DNA of 64,000 nucleotides from Camelus ferus. Taxonomy: Eukaryota. Under the pieces are notes generated by a model that was given only the letters and a program-made list of their open reading frames with translations, made no database searches and was not told the DNA's origin. Below, in pieces: positions 25,085 through 39,070 of this stretch. Positions within the stretch are counted from its first letter, which is position 1; each line of letters begins with the position of its first letter. Made by a program: the position numbers and the translations under genes. The stretch covers positions 80,416,001-80,480,000 of the forward strand of contig NC_045697.1 in assembly GCF_009834535.1 (NCBI RefSeq), read 5' to 3'.

Positions 25085-25758
25085 TCTCTTGCCTCCTTCC
25101 TGATCTCCTGCTTTTGCCCTGGCCTCCCGTTATTCAAGTCTCAGAACAACCAACCAGAATGGATCCCCTTAAAAATCCCAGATAGAACAAACCATGCCTT
25201 TGCTCAAAACCTTCTGAAGGATTCAGCCCATCTCAGTTGGACTAAAACCAGGATCCCGAACATGGCTTGCAAGCCCCTAGGGGATCTGCCCTCTACCCTC
25301 AATTAGGCTTCTTACCTCAATTTGTGCCCGGGCTCACTCTACTCCAGCCATAGTGGCCTCTGCTGTTCCTGGAGCATGCTCTGATTAGGGCCTTTGCATG
25401 TGCTGTTCTCTGCTCTCCCAGAATGCTCATCTCTTGGTTACCCTCCTGTCTCATTTCTTCACCTCCTTCCAATATTTTCTCAAATATTAACTTACCAATG
25501 TGGCCTTCCCTGGCCACTCTATCATTACTGCACCTCTTTCAGACATGATTTCTAGTCCTAGTCCCATCTTTATTTTTCACCTTAACACCTATTGCTATCT
25601 AGTATATTACACATTTGTTTTCCTTAATTGTTTATATTCCCAACCAGGATATAAGCTCCCTCAAGGAATGAATTATTGTCTCTTACTCACTGTTCTGTTT
25701 CTAGCAACTAGAATATTGTCTGGCATATAACAGCTGCTCAATGAATTTTGTTGAATGG
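25085..25758 (+). mobile_element. L2 LINE 3' fragment
   Basis: cctttgctcaaaaccttc, gggcctttgcatgtgctgttc, ending tctggcatataacagctgctcaatgaattttgttgaatg. Confidence 0.8.
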
Positions 25759-27539
25759 GCAATTATTTTGGGATGTAGATTCATCACGATTTTCATATTA
25801 AAGTTGGTAGTTGATAATTAACATACTGACAAGACTTCTTACTATAAAGGTGATCATTTTCAATTAAGATGGTCACAGTATCCCATGACTGAGTGTTTAT
25901 GCACAGAGATGGATTTTAAAAATACACTAATAATTGGCATCAAGGGAAAAGGATCTATTAATAATTTTCTTGTCGTTGAAGTTCATAAAGGAGGAAGGAA
26001 TTTCTGTTTTTCAGATATATTGGCCTTACTAAATTTTACATTGAAATGAAAGGCAGATGCCAAAGGTTTTAAATAATTAGATCTCATTGTGGGAAAAGTC
26101 AATGTAAGGAAACAAAACATACAGCTTTAAAATAGCATTTGCACTTTTCAAGTGCAAAATGGAAAAAAAAATTCTAAACAGTAACATATTTGGTTTCGCA
26201 ATTTATTTAATCACACAGAAATTGAGATTACTCAATATATTGTTTACAGCTCCTAACTGTACTTTGCTAAGGTGGAAGCAAAGCATTCATAATTATATAA
26301 TCTTTAAATTTTTACCCTTTAATATTGGAATGGCAATAGCAACAAACAAGGGAGAAGAGGCGAGGGGCAGTCTGGGGTTGGGGGAGCGTCTGAAAAGTAG
26401 TTGTAAGTAGAGCGCTGTCACTACCTAGATTGCCAGACTTCCATAAGTTGAAATCATGTTAGTGCCAAGACAAGGACTAAATTTTGTTCTAAATGTATCC
26501 CATCCGTTTTTTTGTGATTCCCTCTGCACCTGCACCTCCTCAACTGACAAACAGTAGTAAAGAGATAGAAGACAGAAAACTTGCAATTAAAAATTGCAGG
26601 ACTTCAATGGCCCAATTAAGAAGAGGTAAGTCTCTAATACTTAAATAAATGAAGCAGATTTTCAAAATCATTGACTTCGCTTGCTACAAAGTTACAAGAC
26701 AAGAAACAATGAAGAGATGACTGTCTTCTGGTTCCCCAAAGTGGAGACTCCCTCAGTAATACATTTCTGTGAGCATTGTAGCAGTGTCTATACCATAAGC
26801 CGCTGTTCACTGCAGATTTAGAGGCAAGGAGAACAAAGCAACTTGCTGTTGCTTTTTCCAGTTAGTCTTCCTAAGGTACAATAACTTAGCCACATAGAGC
26901 CAGACACAAAGATAGTCTACAAGTGAGTGGATAATCAAATGCCAGACCATCCATTTGTGCAAGATGAATTTGCAGATGAAGAAATTAACTATTCATAAAA
27001 TGAAAGCTTTCTTTGTTCTGTCTGATGCTAAAAGAATTTATTTTTTACTAAAAATTATAAGAATAAATGTGTAAATAAACAAGAAAATAAGCAATATCCA
27101 CACAATCAAGAAGTGGCTCTTTTCCCGTTACTTTCAAGTATACTGAAATCAAGCCTACTTGATTCTCCATGAACATACATGCATACGTAACACTGCTAAA
27201 AGAACTGTAGCAGGAAATTATGTTAAATATGATGTATAAATCAAAACAACTGTATAAATTATTCTGGAGTCATCAATAAGGTAAAGAAAACATTAGTAGA
27301 TGTTGAGTGTTCCTCTGTGCACTAGTAACGACTTTCACTTACTATTGTTGCAACACTTATCACTCCTGTAATTAGACTATTGGCCCCTTTGTGGCAAGGA
27401 ACTGCCATTCAGTCCCTCCTCATAGCACTATCACAGAGCTTGTGCCCTAATAGTTACTCAAAAATGTCTCCTCTTTTTTTTTTAATGAATATTAGTCTTT
27501 GTCTTCCAAAATATTAAAAATGCCCAATCTTTAATAGGG

Positions 27540-28810
27540 TGTATTGAGTCCTCTTTGTTGCCATAAATACTGGATCCTCTCACTTCTTATGTAACTTGAC
27601 TTCTCTGTATCATTTCATACTCTTGACCTGAAATTCTCTGTTGGTTTCCATGTCTGACACCACATTCTCCATTCACAGCACCTCACTCTCCTCCTCCCCC
27701 CAACACACATGCACATTTCTACCTCCTCTTTACTTCAGGCTCATTCCTGGCTCTTTTTCTCCACCTTTGTGGTAAGATAGTTGCTCTTAGGATTCCATCT
27801 TGGGCAGCTCTTTTCCTTATTTTACACACCTTCCCTGGGCTACCTTAATAACTCTCATTATCTTGATTATTGTCTGTCTTAAATTTGACTCTCCATATAT
27901 AGATCCTTAGACAAGATGGGGATTCATTGAGGCAGTGCTCTCAAAGAGAAGGGTAAGAAAGTGAAGCAGGACAAAAGCAAAATAAAAACAAACAGACCAC
28001 AGCATGTGCCTTCAGGCAAAGTCCCAGCCTCAGCCTGATTTACCAGCAGCTGAGTGCAAATTACACCCAGATTTTGTTCCCCTCCAGGCAAGGACTTTCC
28101 TATTCTTCACCAGTGGGTCATTGACCACCAGTTATAGGGGAGAAGGGAAAGAAGGAACATAAACTCCCAAGGGGTCAGGTAGGGCCCTCTTTCCTTGCAG
28201 GCACATAGAGAATGCAGAAAGGAAAAACGCTAGATATCAAAATGCTGGTGACTGAAATCTTTATCTTCAACTCCCATCACTCTGTGAGCTTCAGACTTGT
28301 GTTGGCAAATTTCTTATTGGAAATTTCCTCCCATATTGTCCACTTCTACCTCTGATTCAATACGTCAAAAAGTAATCTCCCAGATTCCCTCTGCACCTGC
28401 ACCTTCTCCAGATCTCAGCAAAACTTAAGAGTCACCTGTAACTGTCCCTCTCCCATACTTCCACAGCCAATCACGAGTCGTCATACCTCGTGCCATTCCC
28501 ACTGCAAACACCTTGTTTTAGGCCATCACCTTTTCTTACTTGGATTAAGGTATGAGATCACCCTTCTCTAGTGAATTCACACTAAAGGAATCTAGTGTGT
28601 CTCTCAGTGTAGATTCTGTTACTAGCTCATATATATATCCTTAGGGGGAAAAAGGGCCCCGATTCCTTAGTACATCTTACCGTAATGTGTTACATTTCCT
28701 AGTTTGGGCCTGGTTAGTTACATAGACTCAACTCTCTTGTCCTCACGCCTCTGTCAGTCAGCCTAGGTCCCTGAAGGCCTTCGTAAGAGCTGAGTGCTGC
28801 TCACCTGGAA
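27540..28810 (+). mobile_element. Degraded L2 interrupted by a probable ERVL-type LTR fragment (about 27910-28200)
   Basis: L2-like pyrimidine-rich blocks flank a purine-rich segment (gtgctctc..gaagcagga..gtcccagcctcagcctgat) resembling old ERVL LTRs. Confidence 0.45.
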
Positions 28811-29192
28811 CGCCTGCTCTAGACCAAAAGAATAAACTTCTGGTTTTAAGAGAACTGGGTTTTGAGGATTCTGTCTATTTCTGTGAGTTAACCTACTGTA
28901 AACCAATTATGCAAAAAACTCTTAAAATCAAGTCCTGGACAAATATAACATATCACTATAATTCAATGCTTATGAATAAAAGTACAATTAGTAAGTGACT
29001 GGAAATAGGTGATTTAGATTATGACCATATTTTATTTTTCCACATTGCCAGTTTCCACTAGTGTGGTAATTCAAAGTTAGCTATGTTATAGAACAGCCCA
29101 GCTCCAGTCAGAACAAATATCTATATGGTTCAAGTTTAAAAAGTAAAAATAAGAACCACTTTACCATTCTCACTCCTACTACTACTATTACT

Positions 29193-29195
<3 letters not shown>

Positions 29196-29256
<61 letters not shown>
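29196..29256 (+). repeat. (AC)30 microsatellite
   Basis: Direct observation; perfect repeat. Confidence 0.97.
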
Positions 29257-29258
<2 letters not shown>

Positions 29259-29579
29259 TGCAGTTTTCATTCAATAGGGGAAGCAAATGTTTAGAGTTTC
29301 TGGAAGCAACAGCAATACCCCTGCAAAGAGCCGGGCACATTTCTCTCTAAAACCCTCCCATTTTTCATGCTTTTCTCTTTTATTATACCCGTGGGGGGAC
29401 AAAAGCTTCAATTAGTAGCTTATTTGTGAGCAACACTTCTTTTTCACGATTGTTTCATTTAACAAAGAACATGTGCCCTCAAATTAACAGTGAAAAGGTG
29501 TTTTTGAAGGTGGAGGCAATTAAGCTGGGTTATCAAAGTACACAGAAAACAAAACAAAGAATTTCTGCAGCTTAAATGT

Positions 29580-30000
29580 GAAGAATTGTGCCATTCATTT
29601 TGCAACATTTATTCTATAAACTGTGTGTTGATATATTAGGCCAGGGAGTCTGAGGATGTAATGTAGAGCAAAATAAATACTATCTCAAAAAATAAAAAAT
29701 ATAAAATATAAAATATTGCCCCTACTTCTGTAGGGCTTACTTTTGAGTAGGGAAGATAGGTATTAAATCAATTATTCATAAAAAAATTAAATACTGTGAA
29801 GGAAGAATACAGGGAGCTATGTGAATATATATTTGTCTTAGTGGCTAGGAGAAAGGCTGAGCATAATGAGATCTGAAGATTAAGTATGAATTAACTAGAT
29901 AAAAGAAAGTACACAGAAAAGTATCCTAGCAGATAGAACATGGCGAATTCAAGGAACCAGAAGAGGCCCAATAGATCAGGGTGCAGTGAGTGAAATGAAA
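29580..30000 (-). mobile_element. L2 3' fragment
   Basis: cattcattttgcaacatttatt..tgtgtgttgatatattaggccagg, ctgagcataatgagatctgaaga, ttcaaggaaccagaagaggcc. Confidence 0.55.
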
Positions 30001-31539
30001 TATATGCAGCCATTATTGCATTAAATTATGCTACAGCAAAGTATTGGCATGGGAAATTGTCACATATTAAATGAAACTCCAAGTTACTAAAGAATTTATT
30101 TTAATCCCAGTTCAGTTAAATTTAGTTAAATTCCAGTTTGTTATGTTTGGTTGTTTGGATAGATAGATAAGTAGACAGATAAATAAAATTCTCAGAGGAC
30201 AACTTCCTAAATTTTAACTGTGATTATCTTTGAGGGTAAGACTATAAATGAATTTTTTTCCCCTGTATTTCCAGATTTTCCTTCATTGAGTAAGTTTTAT
30301 TTGTGTAATAAGGGCAATGAATGCTATAAAGAGATAAAACTTTTGAATCTGCTCATATTTGAGAACTGGAATGTGGATTCCAAAATATAAAGTTTAGAAT
30401 TTATAAACTTTGTGGTTTCTCCCTTAAAGTTTCCTTGTTTCTTGATGGAGAAGTAGGATGGAGGAATAGTAAGAACTATTCTTTTCATGGTATAATTTCA
30501 CAGTAATCATGGAAGAGACATCATATTTTTCATCTTACGGATGAGGAAACTGGAGCACTAAATGTCTAGGTAACTTTATTTCTCACTAGAAACAAGAGCA
30601 AATTCAAGGTTTGCTTTCAGGAGTGTCTAAGATACTAACGGGTAACATTTGTTGAGTGTTGACTATGACTCAGAACCCTCTGAGAGAGTTTTCTGTTACC
30701 TTCGTCTTACAGATGAGGAGACAGGAACAGATCTGCGTGTCCAAAGGAGACAACAAGGTAAGGAATCAAACCCAGGTGAGCTGAGCCCCAGAGCCTGTAT
30801 TTTTAATCACTATATGTTATTGTCTCTATTTTTATTCACTTTACACACCACAGTTAGAAACTCTTGTATATACTTTATATTTTTCAAATGAGAAACTCTG
30901 AAAATATTTAGCTCCTCAGGAGTGGCCGCTCTTTAAGGGGAGGAGCAGTGTGGAGTGAACAAATGAATTATGGAAGTCTCTTGTCTTCAGGGGAAAACCA
31001 GCTGAATGTCCTGCTTCACTCATTAACTGCACCAATCCCCAAGTGTCAAATTATATTAGCCAGTCAACAGCTGCTTTTCCAGAGATCAGTGACTCATTTG
31101 CTAAACATACTGCTTCTGTAGCTGTCACCTCCTGCTACACAGGCTAAGCCTATCCGTCCTCTCTCCTTTGGAGGCCTCATCTTCAGTTGTTGCTTCTCCC
31201 TGGCTCTGGTACCCCCATTCCTCAAGTTAGTTTCTTATTTCATCTCAGGGCTAATCCAGGTTAGGATCTGCAAATCTGACTAAATGTTAAGGGGGGAAGT
31301 TAATGATTAAATCCAAAGTATTCACTAAGATATTTCAGTGTCTGGAGGCAAACCCTTTCCCATAATGTTCCCAGCCAGTCTCATGTCCTTAGCACATTTC
31401 CAAGGTCTGCTTCCTGAACTTTGGTCCAGGCTCTTCCAACGGGCTGGCAAAGCCAGATTCCAGGTGATCGCAGAAACAAAAGGGAGAACTCACCCGCGTG
31501 TGTGTTCCATCCATAGCTGCCACTTCCCTGCTGAAGTCT

Positions 31540-32160
31540 GCGCAATCTGGCTTTTGTCCCTCTGCCACTCTGAGGATCCTACTAATACCCAAGGTCTCCC
31601 AATGACTAAATCCAGGCCTTGACCCAAGCATCATCTTCACAGGAATCTGTGGGAATCTATATAACCAATTACCACCTTTTCTTGAAACTGTCTTCCTTTG
31701 ACATCTTCAATTTCAATTCTTCTGGTTTTCTCACTACTCATTATTCATTTTTCTGCCTGTTCTTCTTCCTTTTCTTTTTCTTTAAATGTAGGCCTTCCCC
31801 ACCACTTTGGAGTGGATAGCACTGCCAAAGCCCTTGTCTCTTGCCTCCATATAGTTAGCCCCTTAGCTATCCAGAGAGACCTGGATGTCAAAGTCTCAAT
31901 TTATGTGAATGGTACCATTTCACCATTTATTCAGATTCAATCCTTGGAGTATTGTTTGATCTCTTCGTTATATTCCCCATTTCCAACATTATCACATCCT
32001 GTAGATTCTACAAAATACCTACAGGAATTTATTCCTTCTGACTTCTGTGCCATCATAGAGGGGTTCTATTATCTTGGTGCAATGGCCTCCTGACTGTTTC
32101 ACCCAGTGAGCCTTCTCCTCCAAACCATCAGATCATTTCCCCAGTCTTTTATGATTTCTA
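31540..32160 (+). mobile_element. L2 fragment
   Basis: ccttttcttgaaactgtcttcc, tttctcactactca, caccatttattcagattcaatccttggagtattgtttgatctctt. Confidence 0.55.
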
Positions 32161-32249
32161 TTAGTCATATTCTATATCAAAAATGAGGCCATGTTAAAAA
32201 AATGAGACCCTAAAATAAATTTTCAGGCTCGTTTGCATTCCTCCCATAA

Positions 32250-32480
32250 TAACTACTATTTACTTAGCATCTACAGTGTGCCAAACACTTTGCTAACCAC
32301 TTTACATATATTGTTTTTAATCCTTTCAACAATCATGAAAAGTAAGGCTTATTATACTTAGTGTACACCTGGGCAAACAAAATTCAATTAACAGAATGTT
32401 TGCTTTCATAAGGTCACACCTTAGAAAGCAGATAGAGCTGTCATTTGATCCAGGTCTCTTGGATTCCAAAGCCTGTTCTA
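32250..32480 (-). mobile_element. MIR SINE
   Basis: tatttacttagcatctacagtgtgccaaacactttgctaaccactttacatatatt..aaggtcacac..tttgatccaggtct..ttccaaagcc. Confidence 0.75.
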
Positions 32481-33683
32481 AGAATTTAACACATGATACT
32501 ACAAAGATGCATAAATCAGGTAATCACTGGATAAAAATGAAAAATTTTGTTTTATATGTGACTATATAGCAGAAAAAATTTAGAAGTCAATCCAATGATG
32601 TTAAGAAATTCTCAGGAGTTTTATTGATACAGAATGACATTAAGTACAAGAAAATAGATACTGAGACTTTAATCTAATTCTTTAATCTAAATTTCTAAAT
32701 TGGAAACTGATACTTAGAAATATCAAGACTTTAATCTAAATTTCTCCAATAGCCAAGTATTTTATTTATACCCAAACTGTGATTGTCACTGTAAGAAGGA
32801 AAACTATCTACCTCATTACAGACAATAGCAGGGACACCCTCTGGACAACGTTGTGTGAAATGGATGCTTGTCAGGACACGACTACACAAAAGACACCTGT
32901 AATGAACCGTGTGCTAGAGTGAGTTTGCCTCTCATGTGAAATGACAGAAAGACAGCCAAAAGACAACTCCCTAGTTGGCCACCTGGAAGGAAAGTAAATA
33001 TGTCTATGAAAATGGCTCAAGAGGCTACAATTTATGAAAAAGCAGAGCTTTTCTCCACCATAATAAAAACAAAACAATATACAAAGCTCTGATAAATTAT
33101 AAGCTACTTCCCAGTAGGTCTTATTAATACATTAAGTGGTTCCTTCTTCTTATTTATTCCTCTGTTTCTGTCTTTTTTGCCCTCATGTCATTATACAGTG
33201 TCTGTATAAACGTTTCTGGTTCCTTCTTTACCACCTCTCCAATTCTATATTTACAAATTGTTCCAATGAAAGAAAAGGCGTTTTATATCAAACAACACAC
33301 TTTATAATCCAGCCTGAGGAACTCATTAGGCATAGGAAGTGAATGAAAATTAAATTCATTCTCAATGCAATTGAAAGCAATCCTTTTTGTTCACCGGAGG
33401 ATTTGTCAGCCTCTGAAGCCAAGATCAATCCAGAAATAAAAGAAAGGCACATTGGTGTAGTCAAATGTCAATTCAATATAGATTATTGCCAGAATTTTAT
33501 CAGTATCTGTCAGTGACTCCTAAGACATCATTTTTTCACTAAGACATTACTTTAAAGCCAGTATTTGTATAACTAATTACAATTTTCTGTTTTCAAGTGT
33601 CAAGAATGAATTTGAGCTACCTTAAGCAAAATGAAAGACTGTATTATTGTATGGTTCCTCCAAAATAATTTTTGTCTTCCTCT

Positions 33684-33894
33684 TATGGTTATTAGATTAA
33701 GCAAATACAAATACAGGGTACTAGTTAAATTTTAATTTAATACAAATAATAAATAATGAACAAGTATGTCCCATGTATTGGGAACATAGATATACTAAAA
33801 ATTATTGCATGGGACAAATACTAAATAATCATTCATTGCTCATCTGAAACAAATTGAACTGAGTGTCCTTTGTTTTACCTGGAAATGGCAACCT
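33684..33894. mobile_element. MER53-like palindromic hAT MITE
   Basis: aaatacagggtactagttaaatttta..agtatgtccca..tattgcatgggaca..atctgaaac..aactgagtgtcctttgtttt..tggcaacct resembles the palindromic MER53 consensus as I recall it. Confidence 0.7.
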
Positions 33895-34532
33895 TACTTC
33901 CTTTTTATTATAAGCAGAACATTATAGAATTACTTCTAGACATTTCTAGATCTAATTTTGGCAGAGGGATGGAGTTAAAGAAATAGAAGCAGATGTCTAT
34001 CCTTACATGTGAAGGATATTAAAGCTTGACTTGGTGACCTTACAGTGAAATATGATATATGATCACCTGGCCTACATGAATAAAAAGGTCTATGTTCTCT
34101 TTGGTGAAAGAAAATAAATGAAGAATGTATTGTATTATTTTTAGAGTGTTTATATGTACTCAATCACACAATAGAGCAGAATATTTTCTAAGTAAAATAT
34201 AACTAACAAAATAGCACATAATTTCATCAGAAATCTAATTTACTTTTTCACAGCTGGAAGAAGTCAGATGATATTTCCATATATTAATATTGTCACACCT
34301 TTTTATTTCTTATTTTTATTTATAATTATATAGAATCACTGCAATTTTTTATAGTCATTTTTAAAAAATCACCTAATGCTGACTTTAGTCCTTGAGAACT
34401 AGTCCCGCTTTTAAAAAATGGCACACTGGTATGTGTGTTAAACTTAAAAACTTAAATCATAGAATTCTGAAAGAAGGTAATTATCTTATTAAGTCATCTA
34501 CAACTTAAAATTTTGGAATAATTATTTTTTAG

Positions 34533-34617
34533 GTATTATTATTACTATTATTATTATTGCCTATTATTATTATTATTACCTTTTATTATAATAATTATTA
34601 CTAATTATTATTATTAG
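34533..34617 (+). repeat. (ATT)n degenerate simple repeat
   Basis: Direct observation. Confidence 0.85.
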
Positions 34618-35419
34618 GTACACATAAATGTGTTTGGGTTTAAATTTAATTCGGTAATTTCAGTAAGGGTATGACTTTTGTAAGAAATTAGAGAAAAATC
34701 TTAATTTTCCTTTATTACTAAAAAGTAATGATTTTAAGAATTAATTAGCATTGGTATTCACTAACTTTTTTTTCCAACAACTTTTTTTGATGTAGTGAAT
34801 TACTCAGTTTCAACTGTGGCACATTGTTTAGGGGACGTGGATAATGACTTGTCAGTCATCTTTTGGTGGAAACATTTTTGTAAGTTATAGTAATTTTTTC
34901 TTTGAATACTGTCCATTTTAGAGCACGATGTTGACCACTAGAGGGCTTAAAATTTGCAATCCTTGTTAGCAATCTAATAGTACTAATGGACATTTCATTA
35001 TGGGCTCTGGTCATTTTTGAAAAGGGAGATAGACACACTGACTCTATAGATCAATCTCATGTGGTGAAAAAAATATTATAATTAAAATTAATTTAATGTT
35101 TGTTGGATTCTTTACTTCTAAACAATTATGCTGTTAGGGTGGTTATTCTACAACTGTTACTTGATAAATTTCCCAGAGAATCTTAGAGTAATTGGACTAT
35201 AATGTAATTGAAGTATTGGAATTAACAATAAGGAGAGACCCTTAAGAATACCTGTTGGGAAGAGAAGCCAACAGAAGACTTGAAGAGAACCTCTGGAGAA
35301 AAGAAAAGAAAAAGATGACAAAGGAGCAAAGAAAACCAACCAAAAAATTGAGTATTCTTTCCTTGGAGGGACTGGCATACTTGGCAATATGAAGTCAGGG
35401 TTTGAGAGACTTATCTAGG

Positions 35420-35570
35420 TAATAAAAATAATCATAATAAAGTGACGGTTTTTGGAATTTTACTATGTGCCAGGACTCTACTAAGGCATTTACATATACT
35501 AACTCATTGAAACATTTCACAAACCTCAGAATATTTGCTCTTTTTCTTATTTTACAAATAAGGAAACAGA
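35420..35570 (-). mobile_element. MIR SINE
   Basis: tactatgtgccaggactctactaaggcatttacatatactaactcatt..attttacaaataaggaaacaga. Confidence 0.7.
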
Positions 35571-37656
35571 TGCTTCCTTCTTAGACATTTGCCTTTCCCC
35601 TCTAAAAAAACAAAACAAGACAAAAAAAAAAAAAAAACACATTCAATGAAGGCTGTAGCAATATAAAGCAGCTTTCCTAAAGCAGATGAATTCTATACAG
35701 ATCCAGGGTTTGAAACTTATTGAGTTCAAGATCTAGGACAAAGCACTGATCCCAGATGAGGATGCATTCTTCATGAGCTTTGGAAGAACTGAGGTCAGTG
35801 CATTTAATGATATCTGATAGTAGGAAGTGAAATGCCATTAAAAATATCTGATAATTGGAAGCTGGGAAATTGCACATGGTCTAAAATCTTGTATGGGGGA
35901 CCAAGGGGGAAAAAATGTTAGTAAACTGCACTGTTAGATGACTAGACACTTAAAGGCTGATTCTCCATAGGTTCTTAGTGGCTTTAAGTAGTGAAACAAA
36001 GCAAAACACAATAGAAAACAAATGTCTTATGGACTAAATGGGTGTTTTGTAGCAATTTCTGGCAATTAAATTTCTTGGTCCAGCTAGTGGTGAAGAAATC
36101 CTGTATTTATGACACTTGCTGAAGAGCTGAAAAGGAGGTGATGAGAGATCATGCCAGTGATCCATTACTTAGAGGAATTCTATGTAAAAATGTGCTTATG
36201 ATGATTTTAAACACAAACACACTCAAGGCTATAACACAATATAAATAATAATAATATAATATAGAGAAAAAAATATTTAAGAGGAGAAAGTGACCAATGA
36301 AGACACTGACTTAGACATTGTCTTGGGCAAGTTGTCGTTCATGGGTGACTTCAATCAACAGAATTATGTAATATTCTCTAGAGTATTCAGTCACTTGAAT
36401 GCAGGAACAGATTAACAGATAGTTGGATTTGACCAGAGTTTAGGTTTTGTCAGGAATAAAATGCTTGAGGGAAAAGGAAAAAGAGTTAAGGACATTTGTT
36501 GGGAAGTAGTTATAGGGCAAAACCATGAAAAACAAGCTGGATAGGGTGACGTGTGAAGACATGGGGTTATGATGAATAAAGGTAAGTCAGAGGGTCAGTG
36601 AATTGGTAGTCTTGAGGGGGAAAGAAGAGTGGCAGTTTGGAAGTAGGAACAGGGAGTGGAGAGGACACCGCCTGTAAGTCCAGGTACGTTATGGTACTTT
36701 GAGTATGAGAAGAAAAAGTAAAAATAAATCAAGGGCTCCAGGGAAAGCAGTGTTTTCAGGAGCCAAGTTAAAATTCAGCGAAAACTCTGAAGGAAATGTT
36801 CAGTGAGGAGATTAAGAGAAAAATGTTTTCTGATGATAGGAAACAAGTTTGGGCAGAAGGGCTTAGATGGCCAAGAGTGTGGGAAATGTGGCCAGATTTG
36901 TGGAGGCTGAGAGCAGGATGGTGATAAATATCTGTGTGAAACTGAGTGATCTGGGAAACCTGGACTTCTCATAGCAATACAGGAAAACTGGTGGTGGAGA
37001 CATGATGGGATTTGTTTCAGAAGCCACAGGACACCATGATTAAAGGTCATGGGGTGGCTGGTCTTGCCTGCAGCTGCAGATGGAGTGATGGGGAAGACAT
37101 AGCCTCATCCCTGGGGTTTTAAAGCAAGGGATAGCTGGAAATCTTGGGCCCTATGTTGCTGGAGAAATAGAGCAATTCTGTGCCCTTTGCTTGCCATTAA
37201 GGACCCTCTCTACTAAGTTGAGTTTTTCCATTTACTGGGAAGTGAACTCCTACAGAATCTCTAAGCCCCAAAGTCCCATTTTGTGAACCTTTCCAGATTC
37301 CAATATCTCATAGTTAGTCATTTTTTCTATAACTCAAATCACTTTGCACAAATAGCTCTTTGAACCTGTATGACATTTTATTATAATTATTTATGTATCT
37401 GTCCCTGCCAGTACACACTAAACTCTTTGACCTACAAATGGTGACTTACGTTGTAACTGTACCTCAAAGTAGATCATATCCACACAATTGGGTAACAAAC
37501 ATAGGAATTATTAAGTGCTCTCTAGTTTCTGAAAAGTGACTTAAAGTGAATTAACAGACTGCTTCAGCAGTGTTACTATTATGACTAACTGTTGAGAGTT
37601 TCCTGTGGGCAAAGACTGTGCTAGATATTGCATGTGCCCAAATCTGACTTGGTAGG

Positions 37657-38036
37657 TGTCTTAGTTCAGGTTGGTTTGTAACAAACATACCACAGACTGG
37701 CTGGCTTAAACAACAAACTTATTTCTCATCGTTCTGGAGGCTGGAAGTCTGGGGTCAGGGTGCCAGCACGGTTGGGTTCTTGGCGAGGGCCCTCTTGCTG
37801 GTTTACAGATGGTTCTCTTTTCATTGTGTCCTCACATGGGGAAGAGCAGGGAGAGGAAGGAAGCAAGCTCTCTCCTGTGTGTGTCTCTTCTTGTAAGAGC
37901 ATTCATCCCATTCATGGAAGCTCCATCTTCATGGCCTACTTACCTCCCAAAGGCCCTGCCTCCAAATGTTATCACACTGAGCATTGGGATTCTAATGTAT
38001 AAATTTGGGGGAGATACAAATGTTCAGTTCACAACA
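37657..38036 (-). mobile_element. Complete solo MaLR LTR (MLT1A-like) inserted in a MIR
   Basis: TG...CA termini (tgtcttagtt...ttcacaaca); taccacagactgg, ttctggaggctggaagtc, cctcccaaaggccc; 5-bp flanks gtagg/gtagc. Confidence 0.88.
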
Positions 38037-39050
38037 GTAGCTGATAGTATTGTCATTTTACCAACAAAAAAGCTGGGACTCAGTCTTGAAGGTTGTGCAG
38101 TCAGGAGGATGTAAGACCAGGAGTCAGTCCTAGTTTATTTGATACTAAAGCCTTTCAGTTCTATCAGATGGCTCTCCTCATTTTATTTATGTTCTCATCC
38201 TAAGATATAGGAGTTTAATTATTGCCAGTGCAGATCTAATACCATGGTGACAAAAAGAGAGAAAATGAAGCTTGTTATTTTATTGTAATATTTACTCTTT
38301 ATTAATGTGACTCTTTAAAAAATCTTTCTGGAGAGGTAAAAAAATAGAAAAGTAAAAAATGGCTGATATAATTCAGATTTGATCAGAACCTACTTTGGTT
38401 TACAGGACAAAATATGCAAATTACACTGTTTGAGAGGGAGCTCAGCTTGGAAAATGCAAAGAACTCTCAAACACTAATTCCAACCAGACAGAAAGAAATA
38501 TGGAAATGTCCTAGAGTGTCATGAAGTTTCATAGTAAATCCTGACATAGGTAATAAAACGTGAAACTCTATTTTGCATTTAAATTATTTAAAGTATAGCA
38601 CACTTTTTAGAGTATGAGAGGCCTAGTGGCCTCATGCACTTTTACCTTTGTTAACACACTCTTTCCCCGAGTTGAATGCTGCTAACCAGGGCCCGGGTTG
38701 GGTTTGCCCAAGTGAGAATCCCAGACGGCCCTCTGATGTGAATCCTATGTTCTGACTGGCACAGGAAGATCATAAAAACTTCCTTCATTGGCAATAGCTT
38801 AGATGTGCAAGGCCAGGGTAGGGGCTCCCTGTCATTCTGGAGAGAGAAAGATTTGAGTACTTTCTCAGATCTTGGAAGCAACAAAGCACCCTATTTCTTT
38901 ATTCTTATCTTCTGGGGGCGTTCATGGGAGCATCAGGTTCAATCTGGACAAATAAAAGGATTCCAACAATGTACTCAGTGATCACAACAGTCCGTTGTGG
39001 GTACTGTACATGTGACAGGAACGTGACTGTACCTGGGAGACAAGGGAAGT

Positions 39051-39070
39051 AGCAGCAGCAGCAGCAGCAG
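39051..39070 (+). repeat. (AGC)6 trinucleotide repeat
   Basis: Direct observation. Confidence 0.85.

Noticed and set aside
35600..35640. A-rich tract as another tail-only retro-insertion
   Set aside because: No flanking direct repeat found, unlike the cases at 5.3, 48.0 and 61.0 kb.
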